A program made the translations under genes and the position numbers. From contig JBAQNN010000003.1 in NCBI GenBank assembly GCA_049303835.1, positions 11,933-75,932 of the forward strand: 64,000 nt of DNA, given 5' to 3'. Below the pieces are notes generated by a model. It was not told where the DNA came from. It saw nothing but the letters and a program-made list of their open reading frames with translations, and searched no databases. Every line of letters begins with the position of its first letter. Position 1 is the first letter of the stretch. Shown here in pieces: positions 47,225-56,756 of this stretch. Source of the DNA: Minisyncoccia bacterium (GTDB lineage Bacteria > Patescibacteriota > Minisyncoccia > Phycocordibacterales > UBA9973).

Positions 47225-48589
47225 CTAAATTCTATTAATCTTTTGTCCTTCTCCAGTATCTTTCACTTCATACCCAAGAGCGTTTATTTTATCTCGCAAC
47301 TCATCGGATTTTTTGAAATCTTTATTTTGGCGCGCTTCTTCACGTTCGTCTTTTAGTTTTAAAATTTCTGCGGGAATTATTTCTTCTTTAAGATTTTCAA
47401 AGCCGAGTCCTAATACTTTATCAAAGTCCAAAATGGTGGCTTTTTTGTCGGCATCAGACATATTTTCGTCTTTGACGACATCCCAAAGAAGGGAAAGGGC
47501 TCGGGGGGTGTCTAAGTCATCTTCTATGTATTCTTTGAACTTATTTTGGTATTCCTGGTGTACTTGCCCAACCTCGTTTCCTAGCCCCAAATATAGCCCA
47601 TAAAGGCGTTTTAAGGCTGTTTCTGCTCCTTCTAGGGCGTCCCATACAAAGTTTATTCTGGTGCGGTAATTAGCCATTAAAAGCCAAAACCTATAAGCAA
47701 CTGGGTTGATTCCTTTTTCGGCCAAATCTCTCAAGGTGTAAAAATTGTTGGAAGATTTTGCCATCTTTTTTTGATCCACCAGGACCCACTCATTGTGCAT
47801 CCAATACTTTACAAATGGTTTTCCTGTAGCTCCTTCAGATTGGGCTATCTCGTTTTCGTGGTGTGGAAAAATATTATCTACTCCACCCGTGTGCAGGTCT
47901 ATCTCTTCTCCTAAATTTTTCATGGACATGGCTGAACATTCTATGTGCCAACCGGGACGACCTTTGCCCAGGCTTGTTTCCCAGGAAACAACTCCGTCTT
48001 TTTCATCCCAAGCTTTCCAGAGTGCGAAATCTTGTGCGTTATCTTTCTCGTACTCATCTGTTTTAATTCTACCCGAAGCATTTTCTTTTTGTTCTTCTAA
48101 AATAAGATGTGAAAGTTTCCCATAATTTTTGAATTTTTTAATATCAAAGTAAACTGACCCATCCGCGCTTTTATAGGCTAGTCCTTTATCTAAAAGTTTA
48201 TTTATAATATCTACCATCTCGTCCACATAGTCGGTCGCCTTGGTAAATTTTGTGGGTTCCAAGATGTTGAGAGATTTTATGTCTTTTAAAAATTCTGTCG
48301 TATAAAATTCCGTAAATTCTTTAAGTGTTTTGCCTTCCTTTTGCGAATCGCGAATAGTTTTGTCATCTATATCGGTGATATTCATTATATGTTTTACTTT
48401 ATACCCGCAATATAACAAAACACGTTTCAAAGTATCAGCGAATATGTAAGCTCGGTAATTTCCTATGTGCGGGTAGTTATATACAGTCGGTCCGCAGGAA
48501 TAAAAACCGACATTAGGTGGGTTGATTGGAGTAAAAGTTTCTTTCTCCCGGGTGAGGGTATTATAAAATTTGATTTTGCTTGAATTCAT
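47225..48589 (-). CDS. cysS: cysteinyl-tRNA synthetase
   Basis: HIGN (YSCGPTVYNYPHIGN) and KMAKS class I motifs; Zn-binding Cys. Confidence 0.9.
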   Translation of the reverse strand: MNSSKIKFYNTLTREKETFTPINPPNVGFYSCGPTVYNYPHIGNYRAYIFADTLKRVLLYCGYKVKHIMNITDIDDKTIRDSQKEGKTLKEFTEFYTTEFLKDIKSLNILEPTKFTKATDYVDEMVDIINKLLDKGLAYKSADGSVYFDIKKFKNYGKLSHLILEEQKENASGRIKTDEYEKDNAQDFALWKAWDEKDGVVSWETSLGKGRPGWHIECSAMSMKNLGEEIDLHTGGVDNIFPHHENEIAQSEGATGKPFVKYWMHNEWVLVDQKKMAKSSNNFYTLRDLAEKGINPVAYRFWLLMANYRTRINFVWDALEGAETALKRLYGLYLGLGNEVGQVHQEYQNKFKEYIEDDLDTPRALSLLWDVVKDENMSDADKKATILDFDKVLGLGFENLKEEIIPAEILKLKDEREEARQNKDFKKSDELRDKINALGYEVKDTGEGQKINRI

Positions 48590-49586
48590 TTCTGTATATT
48601 GAAATTAATGTATAGAGCAAACTGATCGTGAGCGGTCCCATCAAAATACCTACCGGGCCCAACAGAGAAATGCCTCCTAGGACGGAAAACAAGATTAAAA
48701 GTGGCGGGATATTTGTTTTTCCACCGACCACCAATGGAGTCAAGAAATTATCAATTGTTCCCACTACGATGACAGCCCAAATCAAAAGTCCGATAGCCGA
48801 GGTAATATTTCCTGTCACAAAAAGGAAAATAATAGACGGAACCGATACGAAAGCGGTGCCGAAAGTCGGAATCAGAGAACAAATGGCGGCCACCACACCC
48901 CAGAGAGCAGGATTGGGAACATTAAAGAACCAAAGTCCAAAACCCATCAAAATACCTTGCACTAAAGCGATAAACAGAGATCCTTTTACTACGCTATTTA
49001 CTGCCAAAGTCAATCTTGAAATGATTTTTTCATCATCCTTATCGGCAAGGGGGGATAGGATTACTACAGCTTTCCTCCACCTCTCTCCATCTTTTAAGAA
49101 ATAAAAGATAATAAAAAGCAACAACACAAAAGAAAAGAAAGCCGAGACAACGGTACTGAATACATTTGCCACGTTACTTGAAATGTAGGAGATAAAACTA
49201 GAAATTTTTTCATCTATGTCAAAAGTTACTCCAGAAGGTAAAAACTTATTTACAGTGTTTTCTATGGAATCCATAAATGGTCCGGCGTTGCCCGCGTTAT
49301 TTAAAACAGAAAGGTAGGCATCTTGACTTTGATTAAAAACAATAACTCCAATAGCCAAAATTGGACCACAAAGCACTATAGTAAAGAGTATTATGGTGAT
49401 AACAGCAGATAACCAACTAGGGAGGCGCTTTTTATTTAACCATATGTATATTGGGTAAAGTACTATGGAAAAAGAAGCTCCTAATACGAGCACGACCCAA
49501 AAAGGCTGAAAAATAAAAAAAGTGAAAACGAAGGTTAGAAATAAAAGCCCAAAGAAAAAATACTTTTCTATAGTTTTTGATTGCAT
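48561..49586 (-). CDS. AI-2E family transporter (PerM/UPF0118)
   Basis: 8-TM profile and conserved C-terminal GPLTISLLY-like segment. Confidence 0.7.
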   Translation of the reverse strand: MQSKTIEKYFFFGLLFLTFVFTFFIFQPFWVVLVLGASFSIVLYPIYIWLNKKRLPSWLSAVITIILFTIVLCGPILAIGVIVFNQSQDAYLSVLNNAGNAGPFMDSIENTVNKFLPSGVTFDIDEKISSFISYISSNVANVFSTVVSAFFSFVLLLFIIFYFLKDGERWRKAVVILSPLADKDDEKIISRLTLAVNSVVKGSLFIALVQGILMGFGLWFFNVPNPALWGVVAAICSLIPTFGTAFVSVPSIIFLFVTGNITSAIGLLIWAVIVVGTIDNFLTPLVVGGKTNIPPLLILFSVLGGISLLGPVGILMGPLTISLLYTLISIYRNEFKQNQIL

Positions 49587-49644
49587 ATGGGTTTATTATA
49601 GCTTATCCTTGCTTTTTTGTGAAATTTCATATAATATAGGATTT

Positions 49645-49971
49645 ATGGAATTTGCAGTTATACAAACAGGTGGAAAGCAATATAAAGTCTCCCAAGGGAG
49701 CCTTGTTTCTATTGAGAAAATAAAGACCACCGGTGTTGAATATAAAAAAGGGGATAAGCTCGTTTTTGACAAAGTCTTACTCGTAGATGACGGAAAAGAT
49801 ACGACTATCGGCACACCATATATAAAAGGTGCAAAAGTTGATGGGGAAATCGTAGAAATTGGCCGTTCCCGAAAAGTTATGGTTGTAAAATATAAACAAA
49901 AATCTCGTTACTTAAAAAGAAACGGTCACCGCCAACCATTCTTCAAAATAAAAATAACTTCTATAAAATAA
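49645..49971 (+). CDS. rplU: 50S ribosomal protein L21
   Basis: ATG at 49645 (the track ORF is over-extended); MEFAVIQTGGKQYKV...KYKQKSRYLKRNGHRQ. Confidence 0.85.
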   Translation: MEFAVIQTGGKQYKVSQGSLVSIEKIKTTGVEYKKGDKLVFDKVLLVDDGKDTTIGTPYIKGAKVDGEIVEIGRSRKVMVVKYKQKSRYLKRNGHRQPFFKIKITSIK

Positions 49972-50000
49972 AAAAACCACTCATCTGAGTGGTTTTTTTA
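49971..50000. terminator. bidirectional rho-independent terminator between rplU and recR
   Basis: aaaaaa-ccactca-tctg-agtggtt-ttttt. Confidence 0.7.
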
Positions 50001-50615
50001 TTGCCTATTTTTGAGAGCGTTTTTGAGAGTGTCGTTGTCGGAATATTCTAGCTCTGTGCCGGTGGAGAGACCCTTGCCTAAGGAAGAGATTTTTATTTCT
50101 AATTTTTCTGTGATGTCTTTTAATTGTTCACGTACATATTGGTCTGTATGATCACCTTGGGGGCTGATAGAAAAGGCGAGGATTATCTCTTGTAGATTAT
50201 TTTCTTTTTCTTTCTTAATTTTTTCTTGCAGTTCAGAAATACGCACTCGGCTCTTGGTAGTTTTCTCAACGATAGGCACCAGTCCGCCCAGAATAAAATA
50301 TTTTCCATGATAAACTCCGCTCTTTTTGATACTTTCCAGATCAGAATCTTTTTCTACTATCATCAGGGTAGAAGAATCAATACTCGGGTTGGCACAGAGT
50401 TCGCACAGTTTTTCTTTTTTTGAATTTAAAATAAAAAACCTAAAGCATTCTTTGCATTGGGTCACTTCTTTTTTTAGTTCCAAAACAAGTTCAGAAAGAT
50501 TCTGTGCATAGGAAGGATTTCTGGCCATCAAAAAATAAACAAAACGCTTGGCTTGGCGTTCTCCAATGCCGGGAAATTCTTTAAATATTTCAGTTAACTT
50601 GTCTATAATATCCAT
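49998..50615 (-). CDS. recR: recombination protein RecR
   Basis: HhH, C4 zinc finger CKECFRF...CELC, Toprim domain. Confidence 0.9.
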   Translation of the reverse strand: MDIIDKLTEIFKEFPGIGERQAKRFVYFLMARNPSYAQNLSELVLELKKEVTQCKECFRFFILNSKKEKLCELCANPSIDSSTLMIVEKDSDLESIKKSGVYHGKYFILGGLVPIVEKTTKSRVRISELQEKIKKEKENNLQEIILAFSISPQGDHTDQYVREQLKDITEKLEIKISSLGKGLSTGTELEYSDNDTLKNALKNRQ

Positions 50616-50617
50616 AT

Positions 50618-52024
50618 TTAAAATTCATCCAATTCTCCACCCATTTTTGATGGTGCAAATTCACTGATATTACTCTTTTCCAGATTTAGGAAAGTGGTGG
50701 TTTTTTCATCAAAGTAAAGTTCTACTTTTCCAACAGGACCATTACGATGTTTTTCTACCAAAATTTCGGCTATATTTGTTCTTTCTGATTCATCCTTACC
50801 TTTATCTTCGCGATGAATAAACATCACTACATCCGCGTCTTGCTCAATAGAGCCGGAATCGCGAAGGTCAGAGAGACGGGGTTTGCCTCCACGAGATTCT
50901 ACCGCGCGAGAAAGTTGGGACAAGGCAAGCACCGGCACGTCCAATTCTTTAGCCAAACTCTTCAAAGATCTACTGATTTCGGTGACTTGGTTGACCATGG
51001 AGTCGTAATTTTTGGAGGTGGTCATCAATTGTAAATAGTCCACCACGATAAGGTCTAAACTTTTTTCTGCTTTTATTCTGCGAGACAAGGCTTTCATACG
51101 AACAATAGAATTTCCTGGCGTGTCGTCAATAAATATTTTTGCTTTTGCGAGTTTACCCAACGAATCCCGAAGCAAGGAGAATTCTCTATCGGAGGAAAGG
51201 TTCCCTGTGCGTAAATTCCAAGCATTGACCCGAGACTCTGCCGAGAGCATTCTATCCACGAGTTGCTGGGAGGACATTTCCAAAGAAAATATTAAAATAG
51301 ATTTTTCATGTAAGACTCCGGCCATACGTGCAATATCCAAAGCGAGGGTAGTTTTACCCATACTTGGTCTAGCTGCTAAAATCACTAAATCAGATTTTTG
51401 TAAACCAGAAAGCATCGTATCCAAATCTCTAAACCCCGTCGGTAGCCCACGGAGCATTCCTTTATTCTCGTGCAGTTTTTCCAAACGTTCATATGCCTCA
51501 GGCAAGGCGTCTTTCAAATTTACAAATTTTTGATTTTTAGGGGAAGAAACCACGCTAAAAATTTTCTTCTCCGCCATATCCAAAATATCATCCATATGGT
51601 CATCGCCTTCTTCAAAAGCAAGTTCGGAAACATAATCCGCTGCTTCAATCAGACTTCGCAAGACATATTTTTTTTGTACTATATCAGCATAGTGCTTGAT
51701 GTTGGCAGAAGAGGGAACTACGTTTACAATTTCAGCCAAATATTGATTCCCCCCTACTGCTTCAAGAACTTTTTGCTCACTCAATTTAGTGGAAAGAGAG
51801 AGCATGTCTATCGGTTCATTTTTGACCGAGAGGTCTAGCATTGCTTGAAAAATTTTCTTATTTTTTTCAACATAAAAAGAATCAGGGGTGATCATGTCCT
51901 CAACCTCATGCATGGCGTCTTTGCGGAGCATTATTGAGCCTAAAACTGCTTGTTCGGAGGGGATACTTTGTGGAGGAATACGCAGGTTACTATTCTTCGG
52001 ATTATTTTTTCCATTTTTTATCAT
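50618..52024 (-). CDS. dnaB: replicative DNA helicase DnaB
   Basis: Walker A ARPSMGKTTLALD, RecA-like C-domain, N-terminal DnaB domain. Confidence 0.9.
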   Translation of the reverse strand: MIKNGKNNPKNSNLRIPPQSIPSEQAVLGSIMLRKDAMHEVEDMITPDSFYVEKNKKIFQAMLDLSVKNEPIDMLSLSTKLSEQKVLEAVGGNQYLAEIVNVVPSSANIKHYADIVQKKYVLRSLIEAADYVSELAFEEGDDHMDDILDMAEKKIFSVVSSPKNQKFVNLKDALPEAYERLEKLHENKGMLRGLPTGFRDLDTMLSGLQKSDLVILAARPSMGKTTLALDIARMAGVLHEKSILIFSLEMSSQQLVDRMLSAESRVNAWNLRTGNLSSDREFSLLRDSLGKLAKAKIFIDDTPGNSIVRMKALSRRIKAEKSLDLIVVDYLQLMTTSKNYDSMVNQVTEISRSLKSLAKELDVPVLALSQLSRAVESRGGKPRLSDLRDSGSIEQDADVVMFIHREDKGKDESERTNIAEILVEKHRNGPVGKVELYFDEKTTTFLNLEKSNISEFAPSKMGGELDEF

Positions 52025-52115
52025 GAGGCCATTCTAGCACGATAGAAAAATTGTCCAAGCGCAAAAGTGGGTTAAGGTGTTACTAAAATGTGGACAAGTA
52101 TGATAATATAAAAGT

Positions 52116-53087
52116 ATGTCAAAAAAGGTATTTTCCAAAGTGTTTCTTTCGGGTGTTCAGCCTTCAGGTAGGCCACATATTGGCAATTATTTTGGGGCAA
52201 TGAAGCAGTTTGTGGATTTGCAGAATGAACACGACGGATATGTTTTTATTGCAGATTATCATGCCATGCACTCTCTTAGAAATCCAAAAGAGATGAACGA
52301 AAATATCAAGAGCGTTTTGTTGGACTATTTAGCTATCGGACTAGACCCAAAAAAAGTGACTTTTTTTAAACAAAGTGATATCTCCGAGCACACCGAACTC
52401 GCTTGGATTTTTGATACCATTACCACCATGCCATTTTTGATGCGCGCACACGCTTTTAAAGATGCGCAGGTGAAAAATAAAGAAATAGATGTCGGTACGT
52501 TTAACTATCCGGTTTTAATGGCAGCTGATATTTTGATGTATGGTCCAGACATGATTCCCGTCGGAGCGGATCAAAAACAACATGTGGAAATCGCTCGCGA
52601 CATAGCGGAGAAATTTAATAATGTTTATGGCAATGGAGTTGAGATTTTTAAGTTGCCGGAGCCGATGATCTTGAAAGATGTGGCAATAGTACCCGGCACG
52701 GACGGTAGAAAGATGAGTAAGAGCTATGATAATACCATTCCACTTTTTGCAGAATATGAAGAGATAAAAAAATGTGTGATGAGTATAGTGACGGACTCTA
52801 GTGGGGGAATACCACAGAATGTCTATGCTATTCATAAACTTTTCCGCAACGAAGATGAATTGAAGAAAATTTACGAAGAGAAATCGGGTAAGTATAAAGA
52901 ATTGAAAGAAATGCTCGCGGAAGATATAGAAAAGTTTATTGCACCACTACGCGAAAAGAGAAAAGAATTTGAAAAAGATATCCCTAAAGCATTAGCCATC
53001 CTGAAAGCTGGAGGTGAAAAAGCAAAAAGGATTGCAGAAGTAAAAATGGAAGAAGTTCGGGAGAAGATAGGGGTGAATGTTTATTAA
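52116..53087 (+). CDS. trpS: tryptophanyl-tRNA synthetase
   Basis: SGVQPSGRPHIGNYFG (HIGH) and KMSKS. Confidence 0.9.
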   Translation: MSKKVFSKVFLSGVQPSGRPHIGNYFGAMKQFVDLQNEHDGYVFIADYHAMHSLRNPKEMNENIKSVLLDYLAIGLDPKKVTFFKQSDISEHTELAWIFDTITTMPFLMRAHAFKDAQVKNKEIDVGTFNYPVLMAADILMYGPDMIPVGADQKQHVEIARDIAEKFNNVYGNGVEIFKLPEPMILKDVAIVPGTDGRKMSKSYDNTIPLFAEYEEIKKCVMSIVTDSSGGIPQNVYAIHKLFRNEDELKKIYEEKSGKYKELKEMLAEDIEKFIAPLREKRKEFEKDIPKALAILKAGGEKAKRIAEVKMEEVREKIGVNVY

Positions 53088-53240
53088 ATCTATTGCTTTT
53101 TTAAAAATTATAGGTTATATTATACACGTGAATAAAAATACACAGCAAAATAATCACATTAAGTTTTTCTTCTTTACCCCCAACCTTAGAGGGCTGATAT
53201 TTGTGCTGTAAAAATACTCAAACGAAACTTACAACTCAAA

Positions 53241-53270
53241 TACCAACCTTCCAAGGTTGGTATTTGTTCT
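53241..53270 (+). terminator. hairpin terminator (taccaacc-ttccaa-ggttggta plus T-rich tail) immediately upstream of the GC-rich islet
   Basis: perfect 8-9 bp stem then tttgttcttt. Confidence 0.5.
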
Positions 53271-53282
53271 TTAGGAGGAAGT

Positions 53283-53576
53283 ATGAACAAGAAGTCGTTG
53301 CACGAGTGGTATCCCGGGGCGGTGAAGTCCGGCAGGACCCATCTGACGGTCCCCAAGAACACTCTCGGTCTGTCGTGTGGGTGCAAGAGGGGTGAGGAAG
53401 ACCCCGAGTTTGAAATCCACTGTGTCCCGGGTTTGCCATGGGTTCACTGTGGTCCGAAGGGGTGCTGGAAGTCTCTCGATCTTCCAGTGCTCCCGTATCT
53501 CAAGCCCAAGGCAGGCAAAGAGCTGCCTTACAACTACCCCCGGCACGCTCCGCACTTCGTTCGGACTTCCTGTTAG
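53283..53576 (+). CDS. hypothetical small cysteine/histidine-rich protein (97 aa) in a high-GC islet; coding status tentative
   Basis: strong SD AGGAGG 4-5 nt before ATG (unusual here); GC3 well above GC1/2; flanked by terminators; pattern C-x-C...HC...HC-x3-GC. Confidence 0.3.
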   Translation: MNKKSLHEWYPGAVKSGRTHLTVPKNTLGLSCGCKRGEEDPEFEIHCVPGLPWVHCGPKGCWKSLDLPVLPYLKPKAGKELPYNYPRHAPHFVRTSC

Positions 53577-53607
53577 TTTCTCACGCGCTCGGCGTAATTC
53601 GAGCAAC

Positions 53608-53651
53608 TGGCGACTGTGTTCCCTTGGATGGGAGCCGGTCGCCATTTTTTT
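53608..53651 (+). terminator. strong rho-independent terminator closing the GC-rich islet
   Basis: tggcgac...gtcgcca long hairpin followed by ttttttt. Confidence 0.65.
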
Positions 53652-53673
53652 ATATTTATGCTAAAATATTTTT

Positions 53674-55023
53674 ATGAAAAATCGTATTTATATTAAAGAT
53701 TTAAAGGATCATATTGGTAAAGAAGTCATCGTCGCTGGGTGGGTGGATGTCAGGCGTGACCAGGGTAAAATGGTATTTTTTGATATGCGGGATATGACAG
53801 GCAAAGTTCAAGCAGTGGCTTTGCCAAATCACGCAGAAGTCATAGAAAAAGCGAAAGAAATCAGACTTGAATGGGCACTTAAAGTTAGTGGTTTGGTAAA
53901 CAAGCGACCCGAAAGAAACATTAAGGCTGGAGTATTAAACGGAGATATTGAATTGGAAATTTTAAATGTAGAAATCTTAGGTGAAGCCCTTCCGTTACCG
54001 TTTGATATGTCCCTTGAAGGATATAATCTTGACTTGACTACAGAACTGGATAATCGGGCTTTGGTCTTAAGACAGCCGAAAGTGCAGGCAGTTTTTAAAG
54101 TGCAAGAAACAGTCATTGATTCCTTCAGGGAATTTATGAAGAAAAATATGTTTTTTGAATTTCAGGCCCCAGCCATTACTCCTGCCACGGCAGAAGGAGG
54201 GGCGGAAGTTTTTAAGGTTGATTATTTTGACAAGAAAGCATACCTAACCCAATCGCCCCAGCTTTACAAGCAGATAGTAATGTCTGCTTTTGAGAGGTGT
54301 TTTTCCGTAAATAAAGTTTTTAGGGCCGAACCATCATCCACCACCAGACACCTGACGGAAATAGTTTCTTTGGATGCCGAGATGGGATTTATTGATTCAT
54401 GGATGGACGTACGTGATATGGCAGAAGAGACAGTCAGATTTATTTTAAAACAAGTGGAGGTGAAAAATCCCGAGCATTTAAAAATTTTAAACGCGACGTT
54501 GCCGGTGATGATAGATAAAACTCCGACTCTTTCATTGCGCGAGGTTCAACAGAAAATTTTTGAAAAGTTTGGCCGGGATGTTCGTGGAGAAAAAGACACG
54601 AATCCGGAAGATGAAAGGCAAATTTGTGAAATTATCAAAGAAGAAACCGGGTCAGATTTTGTGTTCATTTACGGATATCCAACTCGCAAGAAACCTTTTT
54701 ATGTTTATCCAAACCCAGAAGAGCCGGAATATAATGAGGGCATGGATCTTCTCTGTAGGGGGGTAGAATGGCTCTCTGGAGGACGAAGAGTCAACGATTA
54801 CAAACAACTTACAGAACACGTAGAACTTTGGAAAATGGATCCAGAAAAAGTAAAAATGTTTCTGGAAGCGTTCAAATACGGAGTTCCACCTGAAGGAGGA
54901 TTTGCCCTCGGAGCTGAACGAATTACGATGCAACTTTTGGAACTGAAAAATATTCGCGAAGCTTCAATGTTTCCTAGAGACATGAATAGAATAGACGAGA
55001 GATTAAATAGTGACGGATTTTAA
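53674..55023 (+). CDS. aspS: aspartyl-tRNA synthetase, compact type-2 (archaeal/non-discriminating-like) form
   Basis: N-terminal OB anticodon-binding domain, class II motifs; 449 aa; cannot exclude AsnRS from sequence alone. Confidence 0.75.
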   Translation: MKNRIYIKDLKDHIGKEVIVAGWVDVRRDQGKMVFFDMRDMTGKVQAVALPNHAEVIEKAKEIRLEWALKVSGLVNKRPERNIKAGVLNGDIELEILNVEILGEALPLPFDMSLEGYNLDLTTELDNRALVLRQPKVQAVFKVQETVIDSFREFMKKNMFFEFQAPAITPATAEGGAEVFKVDYFDKKAYLTQSPQLYKQIVMSAFERCFSVNKVFRAEPSSTTRHLTEIVSLDAEMGFIDSWMDVRDMAEETVRFILKQVEVKNPEHLKILNATLPVMIDKTPTLSLREVQQKIFEKFGRDVRGEKDTNPEDERQICEIIKEETGSDFVFIYGYPTRKKPFYVYPNPEEPEYNEGMDLLCRGVEWLSGGRRVNDYKQLTEHVELWKMDPEKVKMFLEAFKYGVPPEGGFALGAERITMQLLELKNIREASMFPRDMNRIDERLNSDGF

Positions 55024-55035
55024 AGGAAGAATTTT

Positions 55036-55365
55036 ATGGATTTATCGAATAAAAAATGTATACCATGCGAGGCGGGTGGGGTGGACCCATTTAGTGAAGC
55101 GCAAGCCGAAGAATATTTGAAAGAGGTAAGCGGTTGGGTGCTTGATGAAAAAGCGCAAAAAATTTGGAAAGAATTTAAGTTTCAAGATTTTTTAGAAGCC
55201 ATAAAATTCGTTAATTTGGTGGCAGGAATTGCGGAGGGTGAGGGACATCATCCGGATATTCACATTTATTACAATAAAGTTACCTTAGAACTCTCTACGC
55301 ATGCGATTGGTGGGCTTTCTCTAAATGATTTTATCCTAGCGGCTAAAATAGACGAACAAAATTAA
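55036..55365 (+). CDS. pterin-4a-carbinolamine dehydratase (PCD/DCoH)
   Basis: EGHHPDI...Y...L.TH motif. Confidence 0.8.
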   Translation: MDLSNKKCIPCEAGGVDPFSEAQAEEYLKEVSGWVLDEKAQKIWKEFKFQDFLEAIKFVNLVAGIAEGEGHHPDIHIYYNKVTLELSTHAIGGLSLNDFILAAKIDEQN

Positions 55366-55366
55366 T

Positions 55367-56755
55367 ATGAAAATAATTTTTAAAGACAATATCAAAGGCA
55401 TAAAGGGGGAAGTTCTTTTTGTGTCTGTTAACCCCAAAAATAAAGACGAGATTGTGAAAGAGGATGGGACAAAAACACTGTATCTAAAATGCGACGAGAT
55501 AGAGAAAATGAATTTAAGAAAACTATTTCTACTCGTACGTAAAATGATAATTATGGGGAAGAACGCAAGAGCAGAGCGGTTGGCTTTTTATTTTAATGAT
55601 TTTAAATTTAAAAATTTAGAACTAACAGAAAAAGAACTAGGAGAAATTGTCGGTTCGCAACTTGATTTTGCAAACTATGAATTTAATAAATACAAGACTC
55701 CGCCAAAAGAAGGATTTAGTCTGATTAAAGAAATTTACACTTTAGGAACGTCTAAGGAAGTAGAAAAAGCAATTTTAAAAGGGAACGTCGTTGCCGATGA
55801 GGTAAACAAAACCCGTTCACTTTCAAACACGCCAGGTGGAGACATGACGCCGTCTATTTTAGCTCAAAAGGCAAAAGAAGCGGTAAAGGGTTTGCCGGTA
55901 AAAGTAGTGGTGCTGGGTGAAAAAGAAATGGAAAAACATAAAATGCAGGCCATACTTTCTGTCGGGCGGGGATCGGAAGAAGAATCAAAATTTATAATTA
56001 TGGAATATGCTGGAGACAAGAAGGGCGAAAAGCCTATCGTGCTCGTCGGAAAGGGGGTGACTTTTGATACCGGCGGAATAAATTTGAAACCTTCTAATAG
56101 TCTTCTTGGGATGAATATGGACATGTCTGGAGGAGCGGCAGTGATACACACGATTGCATTGGCTGCAAAGATGAAATTAAAGAAAAATATAATTGGTCTT
56201 GTTCCGTCTGTTGAAAATATGGCCTCGGGAAAAAGTTATAGGCCGGGAGATGTTATCCGTTCAATGTCCGGTAAAACGATTGAAGTGTTAAATACCGATG
56301 CTGAAGGACGCGTAATCTTGGCGGATGCTTTGACCTATGCGCAAAAATATAATCCAGGTGTAGTGGTTGATGTGGCAACTTTGACTGGCGCGGCAATGGT
56401 GGCTTTAGGAGAAAGAGCCTCAGCTATTTTCACGGAAGATAATGATTTGGCAAGAACGATAGAAAAAATAGGAGAAAAAACTGGAGACTATGTTTGGCGC
56501 TTGCCGATGTGGGAAGAATATGAAAATGAAATAAAAGGAACTCTGGGGGATTTCACCAATATCCACCACAAAGACTCCCGCTATGGTGGGGCGATTTACG
56601 GAGCAGTTTTTCTGCATCAGTTTATTAAAGGCTACAAATGGGCACATATAGATATGGCTCCTCGGATGGTCGCGATGGCTGGCGAAAACCTCGCCCTGGG
56701 CGCTACAGGCTCTCCGGTAAGGCTGCTATATAAGTTTATTGAAGAGTATAAATAA
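55367..56755 (+). CDS. pepA: leucyl aminopeptidase (M17 family)
   Basis: NTDAEGRVILADALTYA, VGKGVTFDTGG. Confidence 0.85.
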   Translation: MKIIFKDNIKGIKGEVLFVSVNPKNKDEIVKEDGTKTLYLKCDEIEKMNLRKLFLLVRKMIIMGKNARAERLAFYFNDFKFKNLELTEKELGEIVGSQLDFANYEFNKYKTPPKEGFSLIKEIYTLGTSKEVEKAILKGNVVADEVNKTRSLSNTPGGDMTPSILAQKAKEAVKGLPVKVVVLGEKEMEKHKMQAILSVGRGSEEESKFIIMEYAGDKKGEKPIVLVGKGVTFDTGGINLKPSNSLLGMNMDMSGGAAVIHTIALAAKMKLKKNIIGLVPSVENMASGKSYRPGDVIRSMSGKTIEVLNTDAEGRVILADALTYAQKYNPGVVVDVATLTGAAMVALGERASAIFTEDNDLARTIEKIGEKTGDYVWRLPMWEEYENEIKGTLGDFTNIHHKDSRYGGAIYGAVFLHQFIKGYKWAHIDMAPRMVAMAGENLALGATGSPVRLLYKFIEEYK

Positions 56756-56756
56756 A

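Noticed and set aside
53440-53530. SRP (4.5S) RNA: the islet contains GGTCCGAAGG and CCAAGGCAG, which resemble the 4.5S domain IV string GGUCCGGAAGGAAGCAGCCAAGGCAG
   Set aside because: The two matches are separated by about 50 nt including an extra hairpin, instead of being contiguous. No GGAA tetraloop closing helix is formed. The surrounding sequence has a coding-like GC3 bias. Left as something to test with Rfam rather than called.
53270-53610. The GC-rich islet as RNase P RNA or tmRNA, since its length of about 340 nt fits
   Set aside because: The universally conserved RNase P blocks (GGAAAGTCCGGGCT with a partner ACAGAAnCCGGCTTA, and AGGGCAGG) are not both present, and there is no tRNA-like GGTTCGAnTCC 3-prime end or tag ORF for tmRNA. 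Only an 8-mer AAGTCCGG matches.
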